A stretch of 51,319 nucleotides of DNA from an uncultured Pseudomonadota bacterium (GTDB lineage: Bacteria > Babelota > Babeliae > Babelales > RVW-14). The translations under genes and the position numbers were made by a program. The notes below the pieces were generated by a model. The model saw nothing but the letters and a program-made list of their open reading frames with translations. It did not search any database and was not told the DNA's origin. Shown in pieces: positions 27,780 through 38,471 of the stretch. How positions within the stretch are numbered: position 1 is the first letter of the stretch; each line of letters begins with the position of its first letter. Location: NCBI GenBank assembly GCA_964354855.1, contig CAYHBO010000006.1:1-51319 (forward strand). The letters are read 5' to 3'.

Positions 27780-28840
27780 AATTTCCCCGCGTCTTCCTGC
27801 TGTTTAATCGCTTTTTTTAAATCGATTTCTTTTACATTCATTCCCAAATGCAGATTAAATGCCGCAAGAATTTCCTTAACTTCACGCAAAGATTTACGAC
27901 CAAAATTTTTCAATTTTAAAACATCATCTTCGGTAAGATTAACCAAATCAATAACGCGTTTAATTCCTGCACCTATCAGACAATTGTGAGCTCGTACTGA
28001 AAATTCTAATTCATCAATTGGCTTTAAGAACAAGTCAACTGGTAAACCTTTTGTCGGTCCCTTTGCCCCTGAAACACCTTCAGTTTCAGTAACTTGCTCC
28101 GGCTTTTGAGATATCTCATTAAATGGAATTTCGGTTGCAGCTAAGAAGTGCTCCAACTGAGTTCTCATAACAGAAGTTGCATAATGAATAACCTCTTGAG
28201 GCTCAACAGCACCATTAGTCTGAACACATAAGGTAAGTTTATCAAAATCGATCTGTTGACCAACGCGTGTTTTTTCCACGTGAAACTCAACACGATCAAT
28301 TGGTGAAAACATAGCATCTAAATGAATGCGTCCATCAGCTTGCAATGATGTCCCAAGCGGCCATTGCGCAGGCAAATAACCACGCCCAGACTCAACAAAA
28401 AATTCAATATCTAACTCACCATCAACCGCCAAATGTGCAATAACGAGATCTTTATTAATAACCTCAAAATGCTCATCAGCTCTAATATCGGACGCCTTGG
28501 CAACACCTTCCCCATTAACAGAAAGATGCATTTTCCCAGGTTCACCGGTCTTATTTTTGATAACAATTTCTTTGATATTTAACAAAATATGCAACACATC
28601 CTCAATGACCCCTTTTAACGCGGAGAATTCATTATTAACCCCTTTAATAACAACCGAGGTAACCGCAGATCCCTCAATAGATGAGAGTAAAACGCGTCTT
28701 AACGAATTCCCTAACGTAATACCAAAACCGGGTTCAAGCGGCTGAACAATTAACTCTCCATAAGTTGCAGTGGATAATTTACTATCCCACTTCAACGCTG
28801 GTAGTGTTAACGGTTTATAAGTTTTTCTAGACATCTGCAT
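27776..28840 (-). CDS. rpoA: RNA polymerase alpha subunit
   Basis: PLEPGFGITLGNSLRRVLLSSIEG, DAMFSP, LEFSVRAHNCL, KNFGRKSL. Start 28840 or 28834. Confidence 0.98.
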   Translation of the reverse strand: MQMSRKTYKPLTLPALKWDSKLSTATYGELIVQPLEPGFGITLGNSLRRVLLSSIEGSAVTSVVIKGVNNEFSALKGVIEDVLHILLNIKEIVIKNKTGEPGKMHLSVNGEGVAKASDIRADEHFEVINKDLVIAHLAVDGELDIEFFVESGRGYLPAQWPLGTSLQADGRIHLDAMFSPIDRVEFHVEKTRVGQQIDFDKLTLCVQTNGAVEPQEVIHYATSVMRTQLEHFLAATEIPFNEISQKPEQVTETEGVSGAKGPTKGLPVDLFLKPIDELEFSVRAHNCLIGAGIKRVIDLVNLTEDDVLKLKNFGRKSLREVKEILAAFNLHLGMNVKEIDLKKAIKQQEDAGKL

Positions 28841-28911
28841 CCTTCAACTAATCAATTCAATCACAAAGCGACTGCTGGTTCCATACATCAATTACAAATA
28901 ACAAAACATCA

Positions 28912-29535
28912 CTATTTAGAATACAATTCAACAATTAAATGCTCTTCAATAGGAACCGTAATATCTGTCCTTGCAGGATCACGTAAAATAATTCCTTTAC
29001 GCTCTTTTTTCTGCAATTCAAGCCACTCTGGAACTCTAACACTCATATTTAAGCGCTTATCAATTACGCCATCAAGAAACGTCTGCTTAGTCAAAGAACT
29101 CTCTGTCAACGTAACAACGTCACCGACTTTCACAACATATGCTGGAGAGTCTACGCGATGACCATTGACATTAACATGTCCATGCACAACAATCTGCCGT
29201 GCTTGTGGACGACTTGCCGCCATTTTCAAACGAAAAATAACGTTGTCCAGACGACGCTCAAGTAAACTAAGCAATGTTTCGCCTGTAACACCTTTAAGTT
29301 GTGATGCAATACCAAAGAACCGCGCAAATTGTTTTTCTCTAATACCATACATCAATTTAACTTTTTGTTTCTCAAGAAGCTGTTTTCCATACTCGGAAGA
29401 CTTCTTTGACCCAATTTTTTTGCCGTGCTGCCCAGGATATGTTGTTTGTTTTTCAAGAACGCATTTTGGTCCTCTTGAACAAAGTTTCACACCAACGCAA
29501 CGACATTTTCTACATCCAGATAACATTTTTCCCAT
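28912..29535 (-). CDS. rpsD: 30S ribosomal protein S4
   Basis: PGQHG, SEYG.QL.EKQK, LERRLDN, ARQIV.HGH, IVELYSK; Cys-rich N-terminus. Confidence 0.97.
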   Translation of the reverse strand: MGKMLSGCRKCRCVGVKLCSRGPKCVLEKQTTYPGQHGKKIGSKKSSEYGKQLLEKQKVKLMYGIREKQFARFFGIASQLKGVTGETLLSLLERRLDNVIFRLKMAASRPQARQIVVHGHVNVNGHRVDSPAYVVKVGDVVTLTESSLTKQTFLDGVIDKRLNMSVRVPEWLELQKKERKGIILRDPARTDITVPIEEHLIVELYSK

Positions 29536-29581
29536 AAATAATTAACTCATCAAAACAAATAGTATTAAATCAATTTTTACC

Positions 29582-29965
29582 TTAAACACGTCGTTTTTTA
29601 GGAGGGCGCGCGCCATTATGTGGCAACGGAGTTACATCACGCAAAGTTGTAACCATCAATCCCGATGCTTGAAGTGCACGCACAACTGAATCTCGAGATG
29701 ATCCTGGCCCTTGCATATTAACTTCAACCGTTTTTACACCTATTCCAAGCAAATCTTTTGCTAATCGATTTGCAATTTGCGTCGCTGCGAAAGGGGTTCC
29801 CTTTCGAGCGCCTTTGAATCCAAGTTGCCCAGAACTTCCTCGACTAATAACATCACCACTAGGAGTTGCTATAGTAACCAATGTATTATTAAAAGAAGAC
29901 TTAACATGTGCCACAACAGAATTTACATTCTTCAGTTGCTTCTTTTTGCCCTTCTTATATGCCAT
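29582..29965 (-). CDS. rpsK: 30S ribosomal protein S11
   Basis: SFNNT, GFKGARKGTPFAA, DVTPLPHNG.RPPKKRRV. Confidence 0.98.
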   Translation of the reverse strand: MAYKKGKKKQLKNVNSVVAHVKSSFNNTLVTIATPSGDVISRGSSGQLGFKGARKGTPFAATQIANRLAKDLLGIGVKTVEVNMQGPGSSRDSVVRALQASGLMVTTLRDVTPLPHNGARPPKKRRV

Positions 29966-29990
29966 TAAAATATCCTAAACAAAAACTAAA

Positions 29991-30380
29991 TTACTTTTTC
30001 GCTACCGCTTTTTTCAATGCAATTGCACCACCTGCACGACGAGGTCCTTTACGTGTTCGAGCATTCGTCTTTGTACGTTGTCCTCGCACAGGTAAAGATT
30101 TTTTATGTCGCAATCCTCTATATGAGCCTATTTCCTGTAACCGCTTAATGTTAAGCGTTACTTCTTTTCTCAGCTCACCTTCAATTTTAAAATGTTGAGT
30201 AATGTAACGCGTTATAGCAGCTACCTGCTCATGCGTTAAATCTTTAACACGAGTATCGGGACTAATACTTACTTCAGACAAAATATCTTTTGACCGTTGT
30301 AACCCAATACCGTACAAATACGTTAAACCAACCTCAATTCTTTTTGATAGTGGAAGGTGAACACCTTCTATACGAGCCAT
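29991..30380 (-). CDS. rpsM: 30S ribosomal protein S13
   Basis: [29 protein letters not shown]. Confidence 0.98.
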   Translation of the reverse strand: MARIEGVHLPLSKRIEVGLTYLYGIGLQRSKDILSEVSISPDTRVKDLTHEQVAAITRYITQHFKIEGELRKEVTLNIKRLQEIGSYRGLRHKKSLPVRGQRTKTNARTRKGPRRAGGAIALKKAVAKK

Positions 30381-30428
30381 AATAACAAATCCTTCCTAAG
30401 TCCTCGCTTATACGCCATTAATTACAAA

Positions 30429-30545
30429 TTAGCCTTGTCGTTGTTTGTGTTTTAACGATTTTTTACACAAAACACGCACAACCCCACAACGACGAATAAT
30501 CTTACACTCTGCACAAATTTTCTTTACAGATGTTCTAACTTTCAT
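30429..30545 (-). CDS. rpmJ: 50S ribosomal protein L36 (not in ORF track)
   Basis: Manual translation [38 protein letters not shown]; Zn-binding form. Confidence 0.97.
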   Translation of the reverse strand: MKVRTSVKKICAECKIIRRCGVVRVLCKKSLKHKQRQG

Positions 30546-30604
30546 ATGAATCCATCACAAATTATGAACAAATCACTAACCGATACAATTTATTAAATTC
30601 AATC

Positions 30605-30832
30605 TTACGTTTTATGCCGAGAAATAATTCTACCTTTTGTTAAATCATAAGGAGACAATTCTACAGCAACCTTATCCCCTGGCAACAACCGAATATAGTG
30701 CATTCTCATTTTACCTGAAACATGCGCTAAAATCACATGCCCACTTTCAGCTAGTTTTACCTGAAACATCGCATTTGGTAACGCTTTTTCGACGATTCCA
30801 TCCATAACGATGACGTCACTCTTTTTTGTCAT
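30605..30832 (-). CDS. infA: Translation initiation factor IF-1
   Basis: [27 protein letters not shown]. Confidence 0.98.
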   Translation of the reverse strand: MTKKSDVIVMDGIVEKALPNAMFQVKLAESGHVILAHVSGKMRMHYIRLLPGDKVAVELSPYDLTKGRIISRHKT

Positions 30833-30864
30833 ATAATCTTATGCCTTATTAAAATCATTTTTGT

Positions 30865-31629
30865 TCACAACCTTGTCAAAACATCAACCCCATCAAAGGT
30901 CACTAAAACTGTATCCTCAACGTGAGCCGCAAGCCCACCATCAACCGTCTTTATTGTCCAACCATCCGACAGAGTTTTAACACGATAATTTTTTTCAGCA
31001 ATCATCGGCTCTATAGCCAACGCCATCCCTTCTCTAAGAATGGGTCCTTGTCCAGGTTCACCAAAATTGGGAACCTCAGGCGCTTCATGAAAATCTTTTC
31101 CAATGCCATGTCCCACAAAATCTCTAATAACACTAAATCCATTTTGTTCAACTACTTTTTGGATAGAAGCCGAAATCGTCGACAATCTTACACCAGGCTT
31201 TATCAAAGAAATTGCCTGATCCAAAGATTGTTGAGCAACATCAGCCATTTTTTTCACTATAGGCTTTACATCACCAATAAGAAAACAACGTGCCATATCA
31301 GCGCAATAACCATTAAAAGAACCAACAACGTCTATTGTAACAAAATCTCCAGATTTTAAAACAGTTTCCTTTGATGGAACACCATGAACCACCACATCAT
31401 TAACAGAGATGCAGGTAGCATGCTTATAATCTGAAAATCCTTTACAAGGTGTTTTTAACCCAGCTTCTAACATTTTTTTCTCTATAAATGCATCAATATC
31501 CCAGGTGTTTTTCCCTTCCAGTTCATCACTTCTAATGTCTTTCATGACCAAAGCAAGTAACCTGCCAGCCTCTCTCATTTTAGCAATAGCCGCCTTATTT
31601 TTAATGATAATGTTATGAGACATAGTCAA
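30865..31629 (-). CDS. map: Methionine aminopeptidase type I
   Basis: CISVNDVVVHGVP, GHGIG..FHEAP, AIEPM, AHVEDT. Start 31629 or 31623. Confidence 0.96.
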   Translation of the reverse strand: MTMSHNIIIKNKAAIAKMREAGRLLALVMKDIRSDELEGKNTWDIDAFIEKKMLEAGLKTPCKGFSDYKHATCISVNDVVVHGVPSKETVLKSGDFVTIDVVGSFNGYCADMARCFLIGDVKPIVKKMADVAQQSLDQAISLIKPGVRLSTISASIQKVVEQNGFSVIRDFVGHGIGKDFHEAPEVPNFGEPGQGPILREGMALAIEPMIAEKNYRVKTLSDGWTIKTVDGGLAAHVEDTVLVTFDGVDVLTRL

Positions 31630-31665
31630 ATCGTTGCAGCAATAAAAAATTTCTAAACATTGTTT

Positions 31666-32982
31666 TTATTTTCCCCATCGAGCTTTTAAGCGTCCAGTTG
31701 ATAAGAATCCTTCATATTTACGCTCTATCAAATGTGCTTCCATTTGCGCTGAAGAATCAAGTGCAACTCCAACCAAAATTAAAAGACTAACACCATCAAA
31801 CATCATAGGAAATCCAAATGTTTGTTTTAGTATGCTCGGGAATATGGCAAGTAATGCAAGATAAACAGCCCCTGGAAAGCCTATTCTAGTCAGAAGATAA
31901 TCAAAAAACTCTGCAGTCTTTTTACCAGGTCTAATTCCAGGAATAAATCCTCCAGACTTTCTTATATTATCAGCAAGCTCCACTGGATTAAAAATAATGG
32001 ATGTGTACAAAAAAGCACAGAAAATAATTAAACCCGCATTAACAATGCTATAGAAAAAAGCCCCTGGTATAAACCAATGCATAACAACATTCTGTATAGC
32101 AGGAAACCGTGAAGCTATTAAATTAATCAACATTGAAGGCAACGTTAATATAGCGCTTGCAAAAATAACTGGAACTACCCCTGCAGGATTTAATTTAAAA
32201 GGAATATATGACGACTGCCCACCATAAAGCTTATTTCCAACAACACGTTTAGCATATTGTACTGGTATTTTGCGTTCACCTTTTTCAAGAAAAATAATAC
32301 AAGCTATCACCGTCAATGCAAAAGTTATCAATAACAAAATCAATAGAGAATCAGCCTGCCCCATACGAATATTTTCAATAATTTTAATAACCGCGTGAGG
32401 AATTCTTGTGACAATTCCAGCAAAAATAATCATTGAACTACCATTTCCCAAGCCATGAGCGGTAATTTGTTCACCAAGCCACATAACAAAAAGCGCACCA
32501 ACGCTTAACATTAATACAGCCGTCAACCTAAAACCCCATCCCGGAGAAATAACAATTTGCTGTGAATTATTTTCTAAGTAAGTAGCAAGTCCAAAACCCT
32601 GAACAACACTAAGAATCAGTGTTAAATAACGCGTATACTGATTAATAATTCTTCTACCATACTCGCCTTCTTTCTGTAATTGCTCTAAAGACGGACTAAC
32701 TACAGCAAGCACTTGCATAATAATGGAAGCACTAATGTATGGACTTACACCTAACATAAAAATAGAACAGTTTTGTAAAGCACCACCGGAGAAAAGATTA
32801 AGATACTCTAATAACCCAGCGCCACCGGAAAAAAAGCTTTTAAGGGTTAGAATATCAATCCCCGGAATTGGAACATGAACCCCAAAGCGGTATACAGCAA
32901 AAACCCCTAATGTAAATAGAAGTTTCTTCCGTAATTCTTCTACGAAGAAAATATTTTTAAAACTATGAAGCAACACCACCAC
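31666..32982 (-). CDS. secY: Preprotein translocase SecY
   Basis: LGVSPYISASII, WLGEQIT..GLGNGSS, AGVVPVIFAS, IPGIRPG; multiple TM segments. Confidence 0.98.
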   Translation of the reverse strand: MVVLLHSFKNIFFVEELRKKLLFTLGVFAVYRFGVHVPIPGIDILTLKSFFSGGAGLLEYLNLFSGGALQNCSIFMLGVSPYISASIIMQVLAVVSPSLEQLQKEGEYGRRIINQYTRYLTLILSVVQGFGLATYLENNSQQIVISPGWGFRLTAVLMLSVGALFVMWLGEQITAHGLGNGSSMIIFAGIVTRIPHAVIKIIENIRMGQADSLLILLLITFALTVIACIIFLEKGERKIPVQYAKRVVGNKLYGGQSSYIPFKLNPAGVVPVIFASAILTLPSMLINLIASRFPAIQNVVMHWFIPGAFFYSIVNAGLIIFCAFLYTSIIFNPVELADNIRKSGGFIPGIRPGKKTAEFFDYLLTRIGFPGAVYLALLAIFPSILKQTFGFPMMFDGVSLLILVGVALDSSAQMEAHLIERKYEGFLSTGRLKARWGK

Positions 32983-33433
32983 GGTTCATCTCCTGAATCA
33001 ACTGGGCTTTTCCACCAATTTTCTCGATAGCTTCACGCGCAGGCTTGCTAAAAGCATCCGCGTTAACTATGAGTTTTTTGCTTAAAGCTCCTACTCCCAA
33101 AATCTTTACAGCACAACTTCTCTTCCCTTTAAGTAACCCTTTTTCTCTTAAGGTATTAGAGTCTACTGTCGCTCCATCATCAAATCTTAATTCAAGATCC
33201 TCTAGATTTACTACAGTAAATTCTTTTTTAAAGACATTGGTAAATCCTCGTTGAGGCAACCGTCTTGTCAGAGGCATTTGCCCACCTTCAAACGGAGGCT
33301 TTATATCAGAATTACTTCCTGTACGCGATTTTTGACCACCTTTTCCTCTTCCACAAGAGGTTCCCCATTTACCACCACGACCAACTCTTTTTCTTTTTGA
33401 TACAAGTTTTTCTAGGTTATTAAGCTGTAACAT
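32963..33433 (-). CDS. rplO: 50S ribosomal protein L15
   Basis: RVGRG, GRG..GQKSR, FEGGQMPL.RRLP.RGF; ATG 33433 overlaps the rpsE end. Confidence 0.97.
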   Translation of the reverse strand: MLQLNNLEKLVSKRKRVGRGGKWGTSCGRGKGGQKSRTGSNSDIKPPFEGGQMPLTRRLPQRGFTNVFKKEFTVVNLEDLELRFDDGATVDSNTLREKGLLKGKRSCAVKILGVGALSKKLIVNADAFSKPAREAIEKIGGKAQLIQEMNRGGVAS

Positions 33434-33980
33434 TTCGATCCCCAAACAAATCTTTTAAACTTTTTCCTCTCAATTCAGCCAAGCTTCGAGCTGTTTTAAG
33501 TTTCTTAAGTGCATTAATTGTTGCTTTAGCGACGTTTTGAGCATTTGATGACCCTATCGCTTTTGCAAGTATATCTCGTACACCAAGCGCCTCTAACATC
33601 GCACGGACAGCCCCACCAGCAATAATTCCTGTTCCTTTAGATGCTGAACGAATAATAACTCGGCTTGCACCATGCCTTCCTTCTACCGTATAAGGAATTG
33701 TTGTTTTATAAAGAGGTACTATAATCATAGATTTACGAGCTTTTTTTAAAGCTTTAGATATTGCGGCAGATACCTCACGACTTTTCCCTAAAGCAATCCC
33801 CAGGCGTCCCTCTTTGTCTCCAACAACAACAAGTGCTGAGAACCCAAATCTTCTTCCACCCTTAATAACTTTAGCAACTCTTCTTACGTTCAAGACCGCT
33901 TCAGAAAATTCTTCAACTTGCTGAGCTTTTTTTTCTAATAAAGAACCTTGTAAGGTTTTTTTGTTTCTTTCTTCGGCCAT
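33420..33980 (-). CDS. rpsE: 30S ribosomal protein S5
   Basis: RVAKVIKGGRRF.FSALVVVGD, GTGIIAGG. Confidence 0.97.
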   Translation of the reverse strand: MAEERNKKTLQGSLLEKKAQQVEEFSEAVLNVRRVAKVIKGGRRFGFSALVVVGDKEGRLGIALGKSREVSAAISKALKKARKSMIIVPLYKTTIPYTVEGRHGASRVIIRSASKGTGIIAGGAVRAMLEALGVRDILAKAIGSSNAQNVAKATINALKKLKTARSLAELRGKSLKDLFGDRNVTA

Positions 33981-34036
33981 TATAGATCTTTCCTGTTTTA
34001 ATAAAGCCTACTTAACTTGTACAGAATATCAAACCA

Positions 34037-34393
34037 CTAAAATTGGAGCCCACCTTCACGCAAGCCTTCTGCTACTTCACGAACTCTTCCATGAAACAAA
34101 AACGAACCTCGATCAAAAAAGACTTCTTTGATCCCATTGCTTACCGCTTTTTTTGCAAGTTCAATACCTACCTGGCGAGCAATTTCTCTTTTAGTTCCTG
34201 TTTGTTTCAACAAATTAAGAGAAGACAAACTTAAAACAGTTGTTTGTTTAACATCATCAATAATTTGTACATAATCATGATTTAAGCTTCTAAAAACCGA
34301 AACTCGAAGCTTCATGCCTCTGCTGAACATATTATTACGAACTCTATATTTCCTACGTTCAGTTCTTAATGCAACTTTTTTTTGCAAACTCAT
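34037..34393 (-). CDS. rplR: 50S ribosomal protein L18
   Basis: RVSVFRS, FDRG..FHGRV, REGGLQF. Confidence 0.96.
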   Translation of the reverse strand: MSLQKKVALRTERRKYRVRNNMFSRGMKLRVSVFRSLNHDYVQIIDDVKQTTVLSLSSLNLLKQTGTKREIARQVGIELAKKAVSNGIKEVFFDRGSFLFHGRVREVAEGLREGGLQF

Positions 34394-34410
34394 CTTAAAT
34401 TCCAATCAGA

Positions 34411-34950
34411 TTATGCGGACTTCGCTTTTCCAGCTTTACGTATTATTACATCATGCTCGCGAATAATGCCTTTTCCTTTGTATGGTTCAGGCAGTCTAAA
34501 ATTGCGAACATCATCACAAACATTCCCGAGTAAAAATTTATCAGCTGACTTAAAAACAAGCAACTGACCTGATTTATCAATATCAACAGTAACAGCGTCA
34601 GGCAATTGATAATCTATCTTGTTTGTATAACCCAAAGTAAACGTCATTTTTTTACCCACTAAGGCGGCTTTGAACCCAAGGCCAACAATGGTAACTTTCA
34701 TTTCAAACCCTTGTTCAACGCCTTTTATTTTATTAGCAATTAAAGCGCGATGGAGTCCCCACAGCATACGGCTTTGACGGGTATTTTCCTTGACCGAGAT
34801 TTTCAGAGACTGTTGATCTAATATTACCGATAATACTTCTGGAAATTCATGCGTAAACGCACCTTTAACACCTTTTATAGCCAAAGCATTTTCATTAAGA
34901 ATAACGCTGGCCGAGGATATTTTTATAGGTTGTCTTCCTATTTTTGACAT
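34411..34950 (-). CDS. rplF: 50S ribosomal protein L6
   Basis: MSKIGRQPI, R.PEPYKGKGI, RKAGK. Confidence 0.97.
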   Translation of the reverse strand: MSKIGRQPIKISSASVILNENALAIKGVKGAFTHEFPEVLSVILDQQSLKISVKENTRQSRMLWGLHRALIANKIKGVEQGFEMKVTIVGLGFKAALVGKKMTFTLGYTNKIDYQLPDAVTVDIDKSGQLLVFKSADKFLLGNVCDDVRNFRLPEPYKGKGIIREHDVIIRKAGKAKSA

Positions 34951-34965
34951 AAACGTTATCTCCAC

Positions 34966-35361
34966 TTACCAAACATAACAAAGAACTTCACCGCCAACAC
35001 CCAATTTTCTTGCTTGTTGATCAGTCATAATACCAGAACTTGTAGACAGCACAGAGATTCCTAAACCACCTACAACCGGTTTTAACCCTCTATAGCCTTC
35101 ATACCGTCTACAGCTAGGTTTACTTATCCGACCTATCTCATGAATAACAGACTCACCCTTAACATATTTTAGAACGAGTATGAGTACGAGTTTATCATTT
35201 TCATCAGTTTCTACTCTGAAATCTTTAAGATATCCCTCTGCTTTTAAAATAGAGGCAACACCTTCCTTTAATTTAGACATCGGAACGGTAACCGTTCGCT
35301 TTCTAACACTTAACCCATTTCTTACAATCGTAAGAAAATTACCAATTATATCAATTGACAT
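34966..35361 (-). CDS. rpsH: 30S ribosomal protein S8
   Basis: LT.VRN, RISKP, GLGI..LSTSSG, GGEVLCYVW. Confidence 0.97.
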   Translation of the reverse strand: MSIDIIGNFLTIVRNGLSVRKRTVTVPMSKLKEGVASILKAEGYLKDFRVETDENDKLVLILVLKYVKGESVIHEIGRISKPSCRRYEGYRGLKPVVGGLGISVLSTSSGIMTDQQARKLGVGGEVLCYVW

Positions 35362-35379
35362 CTTTATCTTCCTTACACA

Positions 35380-35565
35380 TTACCAGCTTGCTTTTTTCAC
35401 ACCAGGCAACAGACCCTCTAAAGCAAATTTTCTAAAACAGAGCCTACACAAAAGGAAAAGCCTTAAGAACCCTCTAGGCCTCCCACATTGCTGACATCTA
35501 TTTCGTTCTCTCGTAGAAAATTTAGCGGTCCTGTTCGCTTTTTCAATCATCGCTTTACGCGCCAT
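35380..35565 (-). CDS. rpsN: 30S ribosomal protein S14 (short Zn-binding type Z)
   Basis: 61 aa, [24 protein letters not shown]. Confidence 0.97.
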   Translation of the reverse strand: MARKAMIEKANRTAKFSTRERNRCQQCGRPRGFLRLFLLCRLCFRKFALEGLLPGVKKASW

Positions 35566-35590
35566 ACCATTAATCCTTCAAAACCAAATC

Positions 35591-36130
35591 TTATTTTCGA
35601 AAAGGCATATTAAATTTTTTCAACAACTGTTGCGCGTGTTCATCATTTTGAGCAGTCGTCTGAATAGTAATATTCATTCCTCTGCTTTTATCAACTTTGT
35701 CATAATCAACTTCAGGAAAAACCATCCAGTCTTTGATTCCCAAATTATAATTACCATTGCCATCAAACGTTACTTTAACCCCCTGGAAATCTCTAACCGC
35801 AGGCAAAACAATATTGATTAATTTATCAAGGAAATGATACATGCCACTACGACGTAATGTAACCATCACTCCTATAGGCACTCCTTCACGCAATTTAAAA
35901 CCTGCTATAGATTTTTTTGCCAAAGTTTGCACTACCGCTTGACCTGTAATTTTGTTAAGAACGTCCTTAACTCCCGCAATAACTCTACTATCAGCAACTG
36001 CGTCTTTTGCCCCAATATTAATAACTATTTTTTCAATTTTTGGAACTTGCATGACATTAGATAAACCAAGCTCACTATGAAGCTCTGGTCTAATCTTCGT
36101 CTTATACAAATCCTCTAAACGTGATTTCAT
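35591..36130 (-). CDS. rplE: 50S ribosomal protein L5
   Basis: PKIEKIVIN.G, ITGQ, FKLREG, RDFQG, FDGNGNY.LG. Confidence 0.98.
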   Translation of the reverse strand: MKSRLEDLYKTKIRPELHSELGLSNVMQVPKIEKIVINIGAKDAVADSRVIAGVKDVLNKITGQAVVQTLAKKSIAGFKLREGVPIGVMVTLRRSGMYHFLDKLINIVLPAVRDFQGVKVTFDGNGNYNLGIKDWMVFPEVDYDKVDKSRGMNITIQTTAQNDEHAQQLLKKFNMPFRK

Positions 36131-36152
36131 AAACTATTTACCTATATGATTA

Positions 36153-36467
36153 TCAGAAAATCTCTTTGCACTTATGACACGATCTTACTTTTTTGCCATC
36201 ATCCAAAAACTTTGCTTGGACTCGACAAGCTTTTTTGCACGATGTACATACAGGCATAAGCTTACTCAAAAGCACAGCTTTTTCTTCTTGTACAATACGG
36301 CTTTTCTCGCCAGCTTTTTTTGCCTTTTGATGCTTGGTTACAACACCAACTCCCTTAACAAGAGCCGTATCTTTTTTCGTGTTTACTTCAACAACCTGAC
36401 CTTTTTTCCCTTTATCTCTCCCTGAGAGAACAACAACCTGATCACTTTTCTTTATTCTACTTAACAT
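36153..36467 (-). CDS. rplX: 50S ribosomal protein L24
   Basis: KOW motif V.VLSGRDKGKKG.V; position after rplN. Confidence 0.95.
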   Translation of the reverse strand: MLSRIKKSDQVVVLSGRDKGKKGQVVEVNTKKDTALVKGVGVVTKHQKAKKAGEKSRIVQEEKAVLLSKLMPVCTSCKKACRVQAKFLDDGKKVRSCHKCKEIF

Positions 36468-36483
36468 ATTAAACCTTCTAGCA

Positions 36484-36852
36484 CTATAAAACTTCAGGAG
36501 CCAAAGAAATTATCTTTGTATAACCAGCAGCACGTAATTCCCGAGCAATTGGACCAAATATACGGGTACCAACCGGTTGTTTTTCTTTATCAATAATAAC
36601 CGCTGCATTATCATCAAACCGAACATAACTACCGTCTTTTCTTCGACATTCTTTATGAGTACGAACAATCACTGCATCAACAACATCACTTTTCTTAACC
36701 GTACCACCAGGAATAGCCTTCTTTACGGCAGCCTTTACAACATCACCCAAAGTAGCAAATCGCTTACCGGTACTACCTTTAACTTGAATGATTTTCAATT
36801 TTTTTGCGCCTGAATTATCCGCAACAACTAATACGCTTTCTGATTGCAACAT
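36484..36852 (-). CDS. rplN: 50S ribosomal protein L14
   Basis: [30 protein letters not shown]. Confidence 0.98.
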   Translation of the reverse strand: MLQSESVLVVADNSGAKKLKIIQVKGSTGKRFATLGDVVKAAVKKAIPGGTVKKSDVVDAVIVRTHKECRRKDGSYVRFDDNAAVIIDKEKQPVGTRIFGPIARELRAAGYTKIISLAPEVL

Positions 36853-37154
36853 TATTGAGCTCTCCCACGTTCAGTTTTACTTACTACACGATTCAACATC
36901 ATATGTTTTGTTTTTGATAAAGGACGACATTCAGTTATTTCAACGACATCACCAATCACACAAACATTATCCGCATCATGCGCATTATATTTCTTAAATT
37001 TTTTTACAACCTTACCATATAAAGGATGCTTTACTGTTCGAGTAACCTCGACAACAACTGTCTTGTCCATTTTATTAGACAAAACCACTCCAGTAAGCAT
37101 ACGATTTTGCTTCACTGAAGCATCCGCTTCTTTTTTATGTTCACCAACAACCAT
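36852..37154 (-). CDS. rpsQ: 30S ribosomal protein S17
   Basis: [30 protein letters not shown]; ATG 37154 after AAAGGA. Confidence 0.96.
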   Translation of the reverse strand: MVVGEHKKEADASVKQNRMLTGVVLSNKMDKTVVVEVTRTVKHPLYGKVVKKFKKYNAHDADNVCVIGDVVEITECRPLSKTKHMMLNRVVSKTERGRAQ

Positions 37155-37171
37155 GAAAGACGTTCCTTTTA

Positions 37172-37366
37172 TCAATTTTTATCTGTTTTTTTATTGAGCA
37201 TAGTCAAGGCACGTGCCACCTTAACCTTCAATTTTTTAAACTGCGAAACATCTTTCACCTGACCGGCAACCATATTAAGTCTCAAATTAAACAACTCTTT
37301 TCTCGTTGCTTCAATCTCTTTACTCAATGCTTCAAAATCTAAATTTATCAACGCATCTTTATTCAC
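37172..37366 (-). CDS. rpmC: 50S ribosomal protein L29
   Basis: ELFNLR, GQ, VARALT; position after rplP. Confidence 0.93.
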   Translation of the reverse strand: MNKDALINLDFEALSKEIEATRKELFNLRLNMVAGQVKDVSQFKKLKVKVARALTMLNKKTDKN

Positions 37367-37386
37367 TGAAAATACCTCTAATCACT

Positions 37387-37809
37387 TCAAACGCTAACTG
37401 AATCTTTAACAACAAATTTTGTTTTAATCGGAAGCTTATACGTTACAGACTTTAATATTTCTTTTGCTTCTTCTAACGAAAAACTACCTGATATTTCAAA
37501 AAGAATTCGTCCCCTTTTAACAGGACAAACCCAAAACTCTGGATTCCCTTTTCCCTTACCCATTCGTGTTTCAGCAGGTTTTTTTGTAATAGGCTTACTT
37601 GGAAAAACACGTAAAAAAAGCTCACCTATCTTCTTAAGTTTCCTATTTATCGTAACACGTACCGCCTCAATCTGGCGGGCTGTCAACCAACATGGCTCTT
37701 CAGCTCTTAGCGCATAGTCACCAAAATGCAACGTGCGAGCCCCTTTAGATAACCCTGTCAATCGACCACGCTGTTCTTTTCTATATTTCGTTTTTTTTGG
37801 CATCAACAT
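37387..37809 (-). CDS. rplP: 50S ribosomal protein L16
   Basis: [24 protein letters not shown]. Confidence 0.98.
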   Translation of the reverse strand: MLMPKKTKYRKEQRGRLTGLSKGARTLHFGDYALRAEEPCWLTARQIEAVRVTINRKLKKIGELFLRVFPSKPITKKPAETRMGKGKGNPEFWVCPVKRGRILFEISGSFSLEEAKEILKSVTYKLPIKTKFVVKDSVSV

Positions 37810-37839
37810 CAGATTCCTTCTCTGCTATATCTCAGAAGA

Positions 37840-38460
37840 CTAGTATTCACCTTTACTGATCCAAACTTTCACACCAATTTTTCCATAAGTGGTATCGGCT
37901 TCAGCTAACGCATAATCTATATTTGCTCGTAAAGTATGCAAAGGAACAGATCCTAATCGCAACCATTCAACACGCGCAATTTCCGCTCCGCCAAGTCGAC
38001 CCGCGCAACAGATTTTTATACCTTTTGCTCCACTCTTCAAGGCTGAAAACCCAGAACGCTTCATCAATCTTTTATAACTGACACGCTTCTCTAACTGCTC
38101 AGCTATCCCTTGAGCAACCAATCGAGCATTGATTTCAGGAACTTTAACTCCCTGAACCGATATTTCTACATTTTTCTTAAGCTTTTTACCTAAATCAAGT
38201 TTAATCTGCTCTATTCCTTGACCTTTTTTACCGATAATCATTCCAGGCTTAGAAGCATATACAACAACACGAACATTATTCACCGCTTTTTCAATGACAA
38301 CATCCGCAACATCGATAACATTAAGACGACTTTTTAAATACGCTCTAATCTGAAAATCTTCATTCAAAAATAAACCATAAGATTTCTTAGCAAACCAACG
38401 CGCCTTCCAGTCTTCGTATATTCCTAGTCTAAAACCCAACGGGTGTACTTTTTGTCCCAC
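37840..38460 (-). CDS. rpsC: 30S ribosomal protein S3
   Basis: GQKVHP.GFRLG, PG.IIGKKG, GRLGGAEIAR, PLHTLRANIDY. Confidence 0.98.
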   Translation of the reverse strand: MGQKVHPLGFRLGIYEDWKARWFAKKSYGLFLNEDFQIRAYLKSRLNVIDVADVVIEKAVNNVRVVVYASKPGMIIGKKGQGIEQIKLDLGKKLKKNVEISVQGVKVPEINARLVAQGIAEQLEKRVSYKRLMKRSGFSALKSGAKGIKICCAGRLGGAEIARVEWLRLGSVPLHTLRANIDYALAEADTTYGKIGVKVWISKGEY

Positions 38461-38471
38461 AAAAAACCTTT

